This document shows, one piece after another, positions 44,445 to 54,632 of a DNA stretch of 64,000 nt (its first letter is position 1; every line of letters starts with the position of its first letter). Under the pieces are notes generated by a model. It saw only the letters and a program-made list of their open reading frames with translations, did not search any database and had not been told where the DNA came from. The stretch spans positions 40,102-104,101 of the forward strand of contig CACMIG010000001.1 in assembly GCA_902613705.1 (NCBI GenBank), given 5' to 3'. The stretch comes from an uncultured SAR86 cluster bacterium. Its GTDB lineage: Bacteria > Pseudomonadota > Gammaproteobacteria > Magnimaribacterales > D2472. The position numbers and the translations under genes are program-made.

Positions 44445-45211
44445 GATTTTCTGAGAAACACAGGAACAGTTGCTGTAGATTCAGCTTTTGAGTACTTATA
44501 TCCATCCAAATCAAACCCAGATAAGTCTTCAAAATTAGTTACCTTATTTTGAATTATCCATTTAGCCATAAGGCCTCTAGCTTTCTTTGCATAGAAACTG
44601 ATAATTTTATAATTACCGTTCTTATAATCTTTAAATGTTGGAGTAACGACATTAATATCTTCAGGTAATTTTCCTAAAACTGTAAAGTACTCTTTTGATG
44701 CTAGATTAATTAAAAGATCTGACCTTTGATCTTTCAATTCATTTAAAACATTTTTTTGGACCTTATCACCCCAAAATTCATAAAGATTCTTTCCTTCTGA
44801 AGTTTCTAATTTTGTTCCCATCTCAAGTCTATATGGTTTCATTAGATCCAATGGTCTCAATATCCCATATAACCCAGATAGAATCCTTATATGCTTTTGA
44901 GCAAATTTCATTTCAGCATTATTTAGATCTTCAGCTTGAAGTCCTTGATATACATCTCCTTTAAAAACAAGCATTGAAGGCTTCGAATCATCAGATACTT
45001 TTTTTGCTGGAGACCATGATTGGTATCTATCGAAGTTCAGTGCGGCAAGTTTATCGCTTAATCCCATTAAAGATGCAATATCTTTTGGTTCTTTTGTTTT
45101 TAAGTTATTTATGAGTTTTGAGGATTGACTCAAAAATGCAGGCACAGAATGATCATGATTTGATTCAAATTCATAATCAAGTGTTTTTGCCGGAGAAAGT
45201 ACTATAATCAT
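44441..45211 (-). CDS. yaaA: Peroxide stress protein YaaA (UPF0246)
   Basis: The N-terminus MIIVLSPAKTLDY, plus LRPLDLMKPYRLEM and FYAKKARGLM. Confidence 0.85.
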   Translation of the reverse strand: MIIVLSPAKTLDYEFESNHDHSVPAFLSQSSKLINNLKTKEPKDIASLMGLSDKLAALNFDRYQSWSPAKKVSDDSKPSMLVFKGDVYQGLQAEDLNNAEMKFAQKHIRILSGLYGILRPLDLMKPYRLEMGTKLETSEGKNLYEFWGDKVQKNVLNELKDQRSDLLINLASKEYFTVLGKLPEDINVVTPTFKDYKNGNYKIISFYAKKARGLMAKWIIQNKVTNFEDLSGFDLDGYKYSKAESTATVPVFLRKS

Positions 45212-45249
45212 GGCTGTATTTTAACGAATACATAGAGGCATATTCAATA

Positions 45250-45720
45250 ATGTATACAGAAAAAGGCATAAATTCTTTAGGAAAATTCATATCATTAATG
45301 ATTCCGGTGATGACAATATTGATGATAGTGATAATAGTCGCCAGATATTTCTTTGGAATTGGGCTTACAGGACTTCAGGAATTTGTAATGTATCTTCATG
45401 CATTTGTATTTCTTGGTTGCGCTGGATATGTTCACTACAAAGATGAGCATGTTAGAGTAGATATTTTTTATAGAGGGTCATCTAATGCATATAAAAATAA
45501 TGTTAATTTCATATTAAGTCTTTTCTTCCTATTACCTGTTTGTTTTGTTATTGGGTTTTATTCTCTAGAGCTAATTGAGATGTCTTGGAAAATTAGAGAA
45601 GTTTCAACTGAGGCTGGTGGTCTTGATTATGTTTACATCCAGAAAACGTTAATCATTCTTTTCCCACTTACTATGATTTTAACTTTCGCATATCAACTAA
45701 TTCATAAAAAATGGAAATAG
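45250..45720 (+). CDS. TRAP transporter small permease subunit (DctQ-like)
   Basis: 156 aa with 4 TM helices, directly upstream of and overlapping the large TRAP permease gene. Confidence 0.7.
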   Translation: MYTEKGINSLGKFISLMIPVMTILMIVIIVARYFFGIGLTGLQEFVMYLHAFVFLGCAGYVHYKDEHVRVDIFYRGSSNAYKNNVNFILSLFFLLPVCFVIGFYSLELIEMSWKIREVSTEAGGLDYVYIQKTLIILFPLTMILTFAYQLIHKKWK

Positions 45721-47048
45721 TCCCTCTTCTGCTACTTGTGATAATTTGTGCTTCTTTACTGGTAGGTTTTCCAGTGGCGCTTACTCTGGCAGGTGTATCA
45801 ATAATATTTGCATTGATTTGCATTCCTCTTGGAATTTTTGATCCAACTATTTTTAAAAGTATTCCAATTAGAATTTTTGGAATTATGAATAATGTAACAT
45901 TGCTTGCAGTTCCTCTATTTATTTTTATGGGAACTATTCTTGAAAAATCTGGTATTGCTGCAAAGATGCTTGAAAATATGGCAAAGGCTTTTAGAAGTAT
46001 AAAAGGCGGATTGTCTATATCGATAATTATTGTTGGCGCTTTACTTGCAGCAAGTACAGGGATTGTAGGCGCGACTGTAGTAACTATGGGTCTAATGTCT
46101 CTCCCAATTCTAATAAATCAAGGATACGATAAAAGCTTCTCAGCTGGGTTGGTTGCATCCACTGGGACTCTTGGACAAATAATACCACCATCCATAGCCT
46201 TGGTTTTGCTTGGTGATGTTATGTCAAATGCTTATCAAAGAGCTCAAAATGACATGGGTATATTTTCCCAACAAACCGTAACTGTTGGAGATTTGTTTAT
46301 TGGTGCTATTATTCCTGGAATTCTGATATGTATTGGGTATCTTATTTATACAATTTATAGAAATAGCAACAATTTAGATTTAAAAGATACTTCAACAGAA
46401 TTTGCTATAGATAAAGTTGAATTATTTAAGACGCTAGCGCTCCCAATAATCTTAATTTTTTTAGTTCTAGGCTCTATATTTGCAGGTATTGCAACGCCTA
46501 CAGAGGCGGCTGCAATTGGAGCATTTGGTGCTTTATTGATTGCATTAATAAATAGAAAAGTTAATTTACATTTCTTAAAAGAGACTTCTGAGAAAACTGC
46601 AATTGTTTCAACAATGATTTTTACAATTCTTATTGGTGCATCAATTTTTTCACTAATATTTAGAGGTGTTGGAGGTGATGAGTTAATTGATCTAATTTTT
46701 AATTCTCTCCCTGGAGGATCATTTGCTGCTCTAATATTTGTCCTAGTTATTATTTTTTTGCTTGGTTTTATTTTAGATTTTATTGAGATTTGTTATGTAA
46801 TAGTGCCACTCGTTGCTCCACCTCTTTTGATGATGGGCTTTGATCCTGTGTGGCTTGCTATTTTATTTGCAATAAACTTACAAACATCATTTTTAACTCC
46901 ACCATTTGGATTTTCGCTTTTTTACTTGAGAGGGGTTGCAGATGAGAGCATACAAACTAAAGAAATTTATAAAGGCGTTACTCCTTTTATATTAATTCAA
47001 ATTATTATTCTTTTTGCAGTTATGCTATTCCCAATTCTAGTAATATAA
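45711..47048 (+). CDS. TRAP transporter large permease subunit (DctM-like)
   Basis: 445 aa with about 12 TM helices, in the typical DctM position after DctQ. Confidence 0.85.
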   Translation: MEIVPLLLLVIICASLLVGFPVALTLAGVSIIFALICIPLGIFDPTIFKSIPIRIFGIMNNVTLLAVPLFIFMGTILEKSGIAAKMLENMAKAFRSIKGGLSISIIIVGALLAASTGIVGATVVTMGLMSLPILINQGYDKSFSAGLVASTGTLGQIIPPSIALVLLGDVMSNAYQRAQNDMGIFSQQTVTVGDLFIGAIIPGILICIGYLIYTIYRNSNNLDLKDTSTEFAIDKVELFKTLALPIILIFLVLGSIFAGIATPTEAAAIGAFGALLIALINRKVNLHFLKETSEKTAIVSTMIFTILIGASIFSLIFRGVGGDELIDLIFNSLPGGSFAALIFVLVIIFLLGFILDFIEICYVIVPLVAPPLLMMGFDPVWLAILFAINLQTSFLTPPFGFSLFYLRGVADESIQTKEIYKGVTPFILIQIIILFAVMLFPILVI

Positions 47049-47054
47049 GAGTTA

Positions 47055-47825
47055 ATGAACAAAGAATTCTTAATCATATCTACTTTCTTTATTTTAATAA
47101 GCTGCTCAGATAGTTTTGTTGAATTAGAAGACAAAATCAAAATTCATGCAGAAAAGAATGGTATTGAGAAGTCTTTTTTTCAAGTTAAAAAAGAAGCTCT
47201 ATATATTCAACAATGGAGCAAAGAAGATGCATTCATTGATGAAATTAATGAATTTAAAAAATTAGATAAAGAAAATTTTCCTGAAAAAGGCAAAATTCTA
47301 TTTACAGGTAGTTCAAGCATAAGGTTTTGGGATTCGCTAGAACAAGATATGGAACCACTTGAAGTGTTAAATCGCGGTTTTGGAGGAGCACAAATTTCTC
47401 ATGTTATTTATCATTTTGAAGAAATTATTAAGTCATACGAACCAAAGGCTATTGTTTTTTTCTGTGGGACAAATGATTTAACTGCACTAAAGACTCCGAA
47501 AGAAACTATGAGTGATTTCAAAAAATTCTTAAGTCTTGTTAGGAATGAGTTTGGAAATATTAAAGTTTACGTAATAGGTATAAAGCCGTCTGTTGCCAGA
47601 CTTTATCTTGATAAGGAAGAAAGGATATTTAATAGTTCCATTAAGCTACTTGCAAGTCAAGATGCTTACTTAGAGTATATTGATGTTTGGGATTCTATGC
47701 TAGGTGAGGATGGTTCTAGAATGCCAGAATTGTTCATTGAGGATGGCCTTCATATGAATAAAAAAGGATATGAAGTTTGGACAAAGCAAGTAAGGAAAAG
47801 TCTTTCAAAAGATTTTAATATTTAA
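47055..47825 (+). CDS. SGNH/GDSL-family hydrolase, predicted lipoprotein
   Basis: Lipobox LISC. Block I is ILFTGSSSIRFWD and block V is FIEDGLHMNKKGY (DxxH). Confidence 0.65.
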   Translation: MNKEFLIISTFFILISCSDSFVELEDKIKIHAEKNGIEKSFFQVKKEALYIQQWSKEDAFIDEINEFKKLDKENFPEKGKILFTGSSSIRFWDSLEQDMEPLEVLNRGFGGAQISHVIYHFEEIIKSYEPKAIVFFCGTNDLTALKTPKETMSDFKKFLSLVRNEFGNIKVYVIGIKPSVARLYLDKEERIFNSSIKLLASQDAYLEYIDVWDSMLGEDGSRMPELFIEDGLHMNKKGYEVWTKQVRKSLSKDFNI

Positions 47826-48193
47826 CTTAACAAAGGGTTTTTGCCCCATTTGTTCTCATCTTCTTTTGCTGGAAGCATGCATAAAATTGTTATCACAGGA
47901 AGCCCTATAATTATTAAATAAGATAATTGCCACCATCCTGAAATACCTCTATCTTGAAGTCTTCTTGAGGTTACCGATATAGAAGGAATAATAACTATAA
48001 TTTGAAATAATAATGAAAGTGGGCCATAACCAATTTCTTCATTAAATATTCCTAAAACTACTTCTACTAATGCTAATAGAAATGCTATTAGAAATAATGA
48101 TAGACAAAAATACCAGAACTCACTTCTGCATGCCCTTCCGCTAAAGTTTTTCCAATTAACAAAAACTGATATAAATGATTCTTTAATATTCAT
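47822..48193 (-). CDS. DUF805 family inner membrane protein (YhaH/YhaI-like)
   Basis: FSGRACRSEFWYF and SRRLQDRGISGWW signatures. 123 aa. Confidence 0.7.
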   Translation of the reverse strand: MNIKESFISVFVNWKNFSGRACRSEFWYFCLSLFLIAFLLALVEVVLGIFNEEIGYGPLSLLFQIIVIIPSISVTSRRLQDRGISGWWQLSYLIIIGLPVITILCMLPAKEDENKWGKNPLLS

Positions 48194-48245
48194 AATTAAA
48201 TAATAATTAAAGTATTTTATATTTAATAATTAAAAAGTATAAAAA

Positions 48246-49223
48246 TTATTTACGTATTTCTATAAGATCTGCATTGTTCTTTTGAAGAACTCTCTCGGCT
48301 CTGTAACTAGATCGAACCATAGGGCCTGAAACAACCTCTAAAAAGCCTTTGTTAAGTCCAATTTGTCTGTACTTCTCAAATTCTTCCGGAGTAACCCACC
48401 TTTCAATAGGATGATGATTTCTTGTTGGTCTTAGATATTGTCCGATAGTAAGAATATCTACTTTATTAGCAATTAGGTCATCCATGGTCTGCTCTATTTC
48501 CGAATCTGTCTCACCTAGTCCAAGAATTATGCTTGTTTTAGTAAGAACTTTTGGATTAATTCCCTTTGATTCAGCAAGAACATCTAGTGTTTGTTGATAG
48601 CCTGCTCTTATATCTCTAACTTGATGAGTAAGTCTTTCAACAGTTTCAATATTTTGAGCAAAAACTTCTAATCCACAACTAACTAAAGTCTCAATCGAAG
48701 ATGAGAGTCCTTTAAAATCTGGAGTAAGTGCTTCGACAGCGGTATTAGGATTTAAGTCTTTTATTAACTTTACAGTATTTGCAAAATGTTGAGCACCTCC
48801 ATCAGGAAGATCATCCCTATTCACTGATGTTAAAACTACATATTTAAGCTTCATAATTTCGACAGCTTTTGCGGTATTTAAAGGCTCATCTTTATCAAGC
48901 CATCCATTTGGATTTCCTGTATCAACTGAACAAAACTTGCATGCTCTCGTGCATACAGAACCCATCAGCATAAAAGTAGCAGTTCCAGCAGACCAACATT
49001 CATTAATATTTGGGCAATGGGCCTCTTCGCAAACTGTATAAAGTTGCTTGCTATGAACTTGTTCTTTTACCTTGTGAAAATTAGGATTAGATTCAGCCTT
49101 AACTTTTAACCAACTTGGTTTCTTTGGTGTAGGAATATCAGCGTACTTATTGAGCTTTTGACCATTTTTTATAGCCTTTATACCGTCTCTATTTGTAATT
49201 TTTGTAGTTGCTATTATTTCCAT
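48246..49223 (-). CDS. lipA: Lipoyl synthase
   Basis: Auxiliary cluster [13 protein letters not shown] and radical-SAM [10 protein letters not shown]. Confidence 0.9.
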   Translation of the reverse strand: MEIIATTKITNRDGIKAIKNGQKLNKYADIPTPKKPSWLKVKAESNPNFHKVKEQVHSKQLYTVCEEAHCPNINECWSAGTATFMLMGSVCTRACKFCSVDTGNPNGWLDKDEPLNTAKAVEIMKLKYVVLTSVNRDDLPDGGAQHFANTVKLIKDLNPNTAVEALTPDFKGLSSSIETLVSCGLEVFAQNIETVERLTHQVRDIRAGYQQTLDVLAESKGINPKVLTKTSIILGLGETDSEIEQTMDDLIANKVDILTIGQYLRPTRNHHPIERWVTPEEFEKYRQIGLNKGFLEVVSGPMVRSSYRAERVLQKNNADLIEIRK

Positions 49224-49225
49224 AA

Positions 49226-49828
49226 TTAAAATACTTTTCTTAATAAATCTATTATGATTTCATGCAATTGTAATTTAGATATATCTTTATTTAAATCCTT
49301 TATCTGAGTAACTTCAAGGCCTTTATAACCACAAGGATTTATTTGTTTAAACGGTGATAAATCCATGTCGAAATTTAGACTTATTCCATGATATGTCTTC
49401 CCTTTTGAAATTCTTAATCCAATTGAAGCTATTTTCTTTTTATCAACATAAACGCCAGGAGCGCCATCTTTAAAATCACATTCTATTGATAATTTTAATA
49501 GCAATTCTTTTACAAAATCTTGAATTGTTGCAACGAGTTTGTTTGGACCACAATTCAACCTCTTAACATCGAGCAAAAAATAAATAATTATTTGTCCCGG
49601 TCCATGATAAGTTACTTCTCCTCCTCTGTCAGATTGGACGACAGGAATTTCCTTTGAGTCTAAAATATGCTTTTTATCAGCAGCAGTTCCTAATGTAAAA
49701 ACAGGAGGATGTTCAAGTATCCATATCTCATTTTTAAAGTCATCTGCATTAATGTGAGCTCTCATTTGCTCTAGAGTCTCATGATAATTAACAATACCAA
49801 GAGATTTAAAAGTTAAGTCTTCAAGCAC
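49226..49828 (-). CDS. lipB: Octanoyltransferase LipB
   Basis: [14 protein letters not shown] and the catalytic PCGYKG. It lies upstream of lipA. Confidence 0.85.
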   Translation of the reverse strand: MLEDLTFKSLGIVNYHETLEQMRAHINADDFKNEIWILEHPPVFTLGTAADKKHILDSKEIPVVQSDRGGEVTYHGPGQIIIYFLLDVKRLNCGPNKLVATIQDFVKELLLKLSIECDFKDGAPGVYVDKKKIASIGLRISKGKTYHGISLNFDMDLSPFKQINPCGYKGLEVTQIKDLNKDISKLQLHEIIIDLLRKVF

Positions 49829-50913
49829 TATTTGTTTCTTGATTCAACAAAGGCATCTTCAGATATCTCATGATATGCGGATACATTATTCTTAAAGTTT
49901 AAATAAGATTCATAAACTTTAGCTATTGTTTCATCTTCCTTTGCCAGATCATCAAGAATTTTGTTAGATATTTCTCTAAATTCTTCAATTACATCATCAG
50001 GCAATCTTCTTAATTCAACACCGTGAACCTCAACAAGCTCAGTAAGTGCCTGATTGTTTTTTGCTAAATATTCATCAAGCATATCCTGATTCACGGCTTT
50101 TGTTGCAGTTTCGATAATAACTTGAAGGTGATTTGGTAGAGAATTCCATGCATCAATATTAATTAATAGTTCTAACATTGGTCCTGGCTCATGCCATCCT
50201 GGATAATAATAATATTTTGCTGCCTGATGGAAACCAAAGGTTAAATCATTGTATGGACCCACCCACTCTGTAGCATCAATCACACCCGTTTGAAGCGCAG
50301 TAAAAAGCTCTCCTCCTGGAAGTGTTACTGGTATTCCTCCAGCCTCCTTCAATACTTCACCGCCAATTCCGGGAATTCTCATTTTTAGTCCTTTTACATC
50401 CTGTAGAGAATTAATTTCTTTATTAAACCATCCAAACATTTGTGTGCCTGTATTTCCTGCTGGAATAGGATAAATATTAAATGGAGCATAGATTTCTCTC
50501 CATAATTCTAAGCCTCCGCCTCTATTGACCCATGCATTAATCTCATCTGCAGTTAGCCCAAATGGTACACTGGTAAAAAATTGTGCAGCTGGAACTTTGC
50601 CTTTCCAGAAATAACCTCCACTGTGTCCCATCTGATGAGACCCACTTGATACAGCATCAAATACACCAAATGCAGGAACTTGTTCTTCTGCACCATAAAC
50701 TGTAATTTTCATTTGGCCATCACTCATTTCTTCAACGAGGTCTGCAATTCTTTCTGGAGCCATTCCAAGTCCTGGATAATTTTTAGGCCATGAAGTTACA
50801 AGGCGCCAATTAAAGGTTTTATTTTTATCAATTGATTGCGAATCAATATTTTCAGACTGGTCAGAGCAACCAACTAAAAAAATTACAGAAAATATAAGAG
50901 TTATTTTTTTCAT
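49828..50913 (-). CDS. TRAP transporter substrate-binding protein (DctP family, COG4663-like), lipoprotein
   Basis: Lipobox LVGC. 361 aa with TSWPKNYPGLG and RIPGIGGEVLKEAGG, typical of the FcbT1-like TRAP solute receptors. Confidence 0.8.
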   Translation of the reverse strand: MKKITLIFSVIFLVGCSDQSENIDSQSIDKNKTFNWRLVTSWPKNYPGLGMAPERIADLVEEMSDGQMKITVYGAEEQVPAFGVFDAVSSGSHQMGHSGGYFWKGKVPAAQFFTSVPFGLTADEINAWVNRGGGLELWREIYAPFNIYPIPAGNTGTQMFGWFNKEINSLQDVKGLKMRIPGIGGEVLKEAGGIPVTLPGGELFTALQTGVIDATEWVGPYNDLTFGFHQAAKYYYYPGWHEPGPMLELLINIDAWNSLPNHLQVIIETATKAVNQDMLDEYLAKNNQALTELVEVHGVELRRLPDDVIEEFREISNKILDDLAKEDETIAKVYESYLNFKNNVSAYHEISEDAFVESRNK

Positions 50914-53087
50914 TATAGTTTTTCAAGATTTGCGTAAGCCATTACCAACCATTTTGTTCCAGAATCATCAAAATTTACTTGAACTCTTGCTGAATCACCT
51001 GAACCTTCATAATTTAATACTATGCCTTCACCAAATTTCTTATGTTTTACTTTCTGGCCAAGCGCAATTCCGATTTCCTCCTCAAACTCCACTTTGGTTT
51101 CATTGAAGTCTTTTCTATTATAAGGAATATTGGTTTGTGCTCTAGGTCTTATTTCATCAATTAAGTCTTTAGGTATTTCTCTTAAAAATCTTGAAGGAGG
51201 ATTAAAAGTATCATTCCCATGCAACCTCCTTGATTCAGCATGCGTTATATATAATTTCTCCATTGCTCTTGTAATAGCAACATAACAAAGTCTTCTTTCT
51301 TCCTCTAATTGAGATGCGCTTTCCATTGATCTGCCATGTGGGAATAAACTTTCTTCTAAGCCAGTAAGAAGGACTAATTTAAATTCTAGGCCCTTTGCAG
51401 AGTGCATTGTCATAAGTTGAGCAGCATCATCATGCTCAGCAGCTTGTCTATCGCCGGCATCTAGAGAGATAACATCAAGATAGTTTTCTGCAATTTCAGT
51501 ATTTGTTTTATCTTCTTTAACACTTTGTTCAAAATTCTTTGTAGCCGTTATTAATTCTTCAAGGTTTTCTGTTCTAGTTTTGCCTTTTTCTCCTGCCTCT
51601 TTAGCATGGTATGAATATAGGCCAGATTCTTTAATAATAAGTTCCATTAAATCCGACAAACTATTGTCTTCAATGAAAGACTTACATCCTGCAACAAACT
51701 CCAGATAATCTCTCAACCCAGAACTACCCCTCCCAGAAATTGATCCCTCATCAATTAATTTTGCAGATGCTTTAATATAAGAAATATTATATTTTTGAGC
51801 CGTTTGTCGAATTTTGCCCAAAGTTTTTTCTCCAACTCCTCTGGTTGGATTTGATATTGATCTCTCAAAGGATGGATTGTCATTATTGTTAAAAATAATT
51901 TTCAAATATGCGATTGCATTTTTTATTTCTAGCCTTTCATAAAAACGCAATCCGCCATAAATCCTATATGGAATGCTTATTCTTAATAAAGCTTCTTCTA
52001 TAGCTCTTGATTGTGCATTTGATCTATATAGAACTGCTGTTTCTTCATATGCCCCACCTTTATTCATCCAGTCCTTTAGAACATCTGCAATAAACCTTGC
52101 CTCATCCTGTTCGTTGTAAGCCTGATAAAGGACTATTTGTTCACCCTCAAGTTTTTCTGTCCATAAATTTTTGCCAAGTCTGTCTTTGTTATTATCAATT
52201 AACGCATTTGCTGCGTTTAGAATCACGTTAGTAGATCTATAATTTTGTTCAAGCCTTACAATCTCCGTATTTTTGTAATCTTCTGTAAAAGAATTTACAT
52301 GTTCAACTTTAGCTCCACGCCAGCCATATATGGACTGATCATCATCTCCAACCGCTGTTACATTTGCATCATCCGATGCTATTTCACGAAGCCATTTATA
52401 TTGAATAGTATTAGTATCCTGAAACTCATCAATGAGAATTGATTGAAACCTTGACTGAAAAAAAGTCTTAACTGAAGGCGAAGCAACTAGTATTTCATAT
52501 GACTTTAAAAGCAGTTCACCAAAATCAACTAGATCATCATTTTTACAAATTTTTTCATATTCTTTATATATTTTATTAACAGTTTCAGTGTAAAAATCTC
52601 CTTTTTCATCAACATCTTTACTTCTCAATCCATCATCTTTCCATGAATTGATTTGCCACTGACTTTGTCTAGCCGGCCATGTTGCTTCATCCAAACTCAG
52701 TTCTTTTGATATTCTTTTTACTATTCTTAACTGGTCATCTGAATCTAGAATGGTAAATCCACTTGAGAGTTCTGCCTCTTTATGAAATCTCTTAAGCAGT
52801 TTATGAGAAAGGCCATGAAATGTTCCAACCCAGGAATCAATAATTGGAGATTGAAGAAGTTCTTCAATTCTTGACCTCATTTCATTTGCAGCTTTATTTG
52901 TAAAAGTTACAGCCATTATTGTAGATGGATTTCTTCCAAGCGCCTCTACTTCCCATGCAATTTTGTGTACAAGAACCCTAGTTTTACCAGAACCGGCTCC
53001 TGCCAAAACTAGGAGATGTTGCTTTTCAGATGTAACAGCATTTCGCTGATCTTCGTTTAAGCTGTCTAAAATATGAGATACATCCAT
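50913..53087 (-). CDS. uvrD: DNA helicase II UvrD
   Basis: 724 aa. SF1 motifs LAGAGSGKTRV, ILIDEFQDTN, QNYRST and the C-terminal tail. The size matches UvrD (720 aa) rather than Rep. Confidence 0.85.
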   Translation of the reverse strand: MDVSHILDSLNEDQRNAVTSEKQHLLVLAGAGSGKTRVLVHKIAWEVEALGRNPSTIMAVTFTNKAANEMRSRIEELLQSPIIDSWVGTFHGLSHKLLKRFHKEAELSSGFTILDSDDQLRIVKRISKELSLDEATWPARQSQWQINSWKDDGLRSKDVDEKGDFYTETVNKIYKEYEKICKNDDLVDFGELLLKSYEILVASPSVKTFFQSRFQSILIDEFQDTNTIQYKWLREIASDDANVTAVGDDDQSIYGWRGAKVEHVNSFTEDYKNTEIVRLEQNYRSTNVILNAANALIDNNKDRLGKNLWTEKLEGEQIVLYQAYNEQDEARFIADVLKDWMNKGGAYEETAVLYRSNAQSRAIEEALLRISIPYRIYGGLRFYERLEIKNAIAYLKIIFNNNDNPSFERSISNPTRGVGEKTLGKIRQTAQKYNISYIKASAKLIDEGSISGRGSSGLRDYLEFVAGCKSFIEDNSLSDLMELIIKESGLYSYHAKEAGEKGKTRTENLEELITATKNFEQSVKEDKTNTEIAENYLDVISLDAGDRQAAEHDDAAQLMTMHSAKGLEFKLVLLTGLEESLFPHGRSMESASQLEEERRLCYVAITRAMEKLYITHAESRRLHGNDTFNPPSRFLREIPKDLIDEIRPRAQTNIPYNRKDFNETKVEFEEEIGIALGQKVKHKKFGEGIVLNYEGSGDSARVQVNFDDSGTKWLVMAYANLEKL

Positions 53088-53129
53088 TTAGGGATTCATT
53101 TTTTTGTTTAAGTTAGATATTCTAACCTT

Positions 53130-53975
53130 ATGTCGACTAAATTATTGAGACAAATTAAAAATTCTCTTCCTGATTTAAGAAAATCTGAAAAAATTGTTGG
53201 AGAGTATATTTTAGAAGATCCAAAATCAATTATTACTATGAAAACTGCAGAAGCTTCAGAAGCAATGGGTATTAGCGAACCAACATTAATAAGATTCTGT
53301 AAAGCAATTGGATTTTCAGGTTTTCAAGAACTTAAAATTAATTTGTCCCAGCAGCTAGCAGCTGACGATTATTTTGTCATGTACGAAATAACAGAAGACG
53401 ATTCAATTCATGAGCTATGTGAAAAAGTTTTTGATACAACAATAAGTGAGATACTTAATGTAAGGTCACAGCTTGATCAAAGTATTCTTGAAAATGCCAT
53501 TGAAGCTCTTGTGAATGCAGATAGAGTTGAATTTTATTCATTTGGTGGTTCAGCACCGGTTGCAATGGATGGTCAGCATAAATTTTTTAGATTGAAAATA
53601 CCCTCATCATATATTTCTGACCCACACCTACAATTTATGTCTGCGAATTCTTTAAGCAAAAATGATATTGTTGTAGCAATCTCTCAATCTGGAACAACTG
53701 CAGCCTTAATTGAAAGTGTCAAAATAGTTAGAAAAAATGGTGTTAAAGTTATTGGAATAATGCCAGGCGATACACCACTTGCAGATATTTGTGATTTTCC
53801 TCTAACAATTAATATTGGAATAAATAATAGAATTTCAAAACCTCTTACGTCCAGAATTGCTTATACAGCGGTAGTAGATGTGCTAACGATGGGAGTAGCT
53901 CAATTAAAACCTGAGGCACAGGATCACCTATATAACATTGCGGACAGCCAAAGGTCTTTAAAAATAGATAATTAA
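53130..53975 (+). CDS. MurR/RpiR family transcriptional regulator (HexR-like)
   Basis: An N-terminal HTH (SEPTLIRFCKAIGFSGFQELK) plus a C-terminal SIS domain (AISQSGTT). Confidence 0.8.
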   Translation: MSTKLLRQIKNSLPDLRKSEKIVGEYILEDPKSIITMKTAEASEAMGISEPTLIRFCKAIGFSGFQELKINLSQQLAADDYFVMYEITEDDSIHELCEKVFDTTISEILNVRSQLDQSILENAIEALVNADRVEFYSFGGSAPVAMDGQHKFFRLKIPSSYISDPHLQFMSANSLSKNDIVVAISQSGTTAALIESVKIVRKNGVKVIGIMPGDTPLADICDFPLTINIGINNRISKPLTSRIAYTAVVDVLTMGVAQLKPEAQDHLYNIADSQRSLKIDN

Positions 53976-54589
53976 TATATAGCTGATTCTCTAAACCAGA
54001 GATTTACTGCCCATTTTTCGCCAGAAATTACTGGAGATCCTGCATGAAGAGCATCAGGATTAATTTCAGTTGTTCCCTCAATACAATTATGAAAAACTAC
54101 AACATCTCCTTTATTAGGTTTTACAGAAACATTTATCTCAGGGAAATCAGTCTCTCCGCCCTCTTCAACATCATTTAAATATGCTAAAGCTGTTACCATT
54201 CTTTGTCCTCCAGGAAACCAATTGTTTTGGCCTTCTTTGGTAGTTTTATCAAACGCATCAAAATGAGGCTTATATTCATTTCCTGGCCCATAATAGACAA
54301 GTTGAAATTGCTCTGCGTTATTAATAGGCATTTGGACCAAAACAGAAAATCTCTTACTTACTTCATGAATAACTTCATTTGCACTATGCTCAAGCCAACA
54401 ATAGTCATTAGTTCTGCTTGAATGAACTTCATGCTCAGAATCAGTTATTACAGTTGCCCTTTGCATCTTGCCTTTTCCATGCTCAACAAATGCTTCACAT
54501 TCATCATTAGATAGAAAATTAGATACAACATACACAACCGGATTGGCTGAATACATTGTTACGTTTTCAGATATTTTTTTTGGTTCCAT
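53972..54589 (-). CDS. Prolyl 4-hydroxylase-like 2OG-Fe(II) oxygenase (P4Hc type)
   Basis: 205 aa with no signal peptide. HxD in KPHFDAF, the distal His in ALHAGSPV and the 2OG-binding Lys in GEKWAVNLWF. Overall it resembles viral/algal/bacterial P4H alpha-like enzymes. Confidence 0.8.
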   Translation of the reverse strand: MEPKKISENVTMYSANPVVYVVSNFLSNDECEAFVEHGKGKMQRATVITDSEHEVHSSRTNDYCWLEHSANEVIHEVSKRFSVLVQMPINNAEQFQLVYYGPGNEYKPHFDAFDKTTKEGQNNWFPGGQRMVTALAYLNDVEEGGETDFPEINVSVKPNKGDVVVFHNCIEGTTEINPDALHAGSPVISGEKWAVNLWFRESAIY

Positions 54590-54632
54590 TTACGATTCAA
54601 ATTATACTATTTTTGTACATTAATAATAATTT

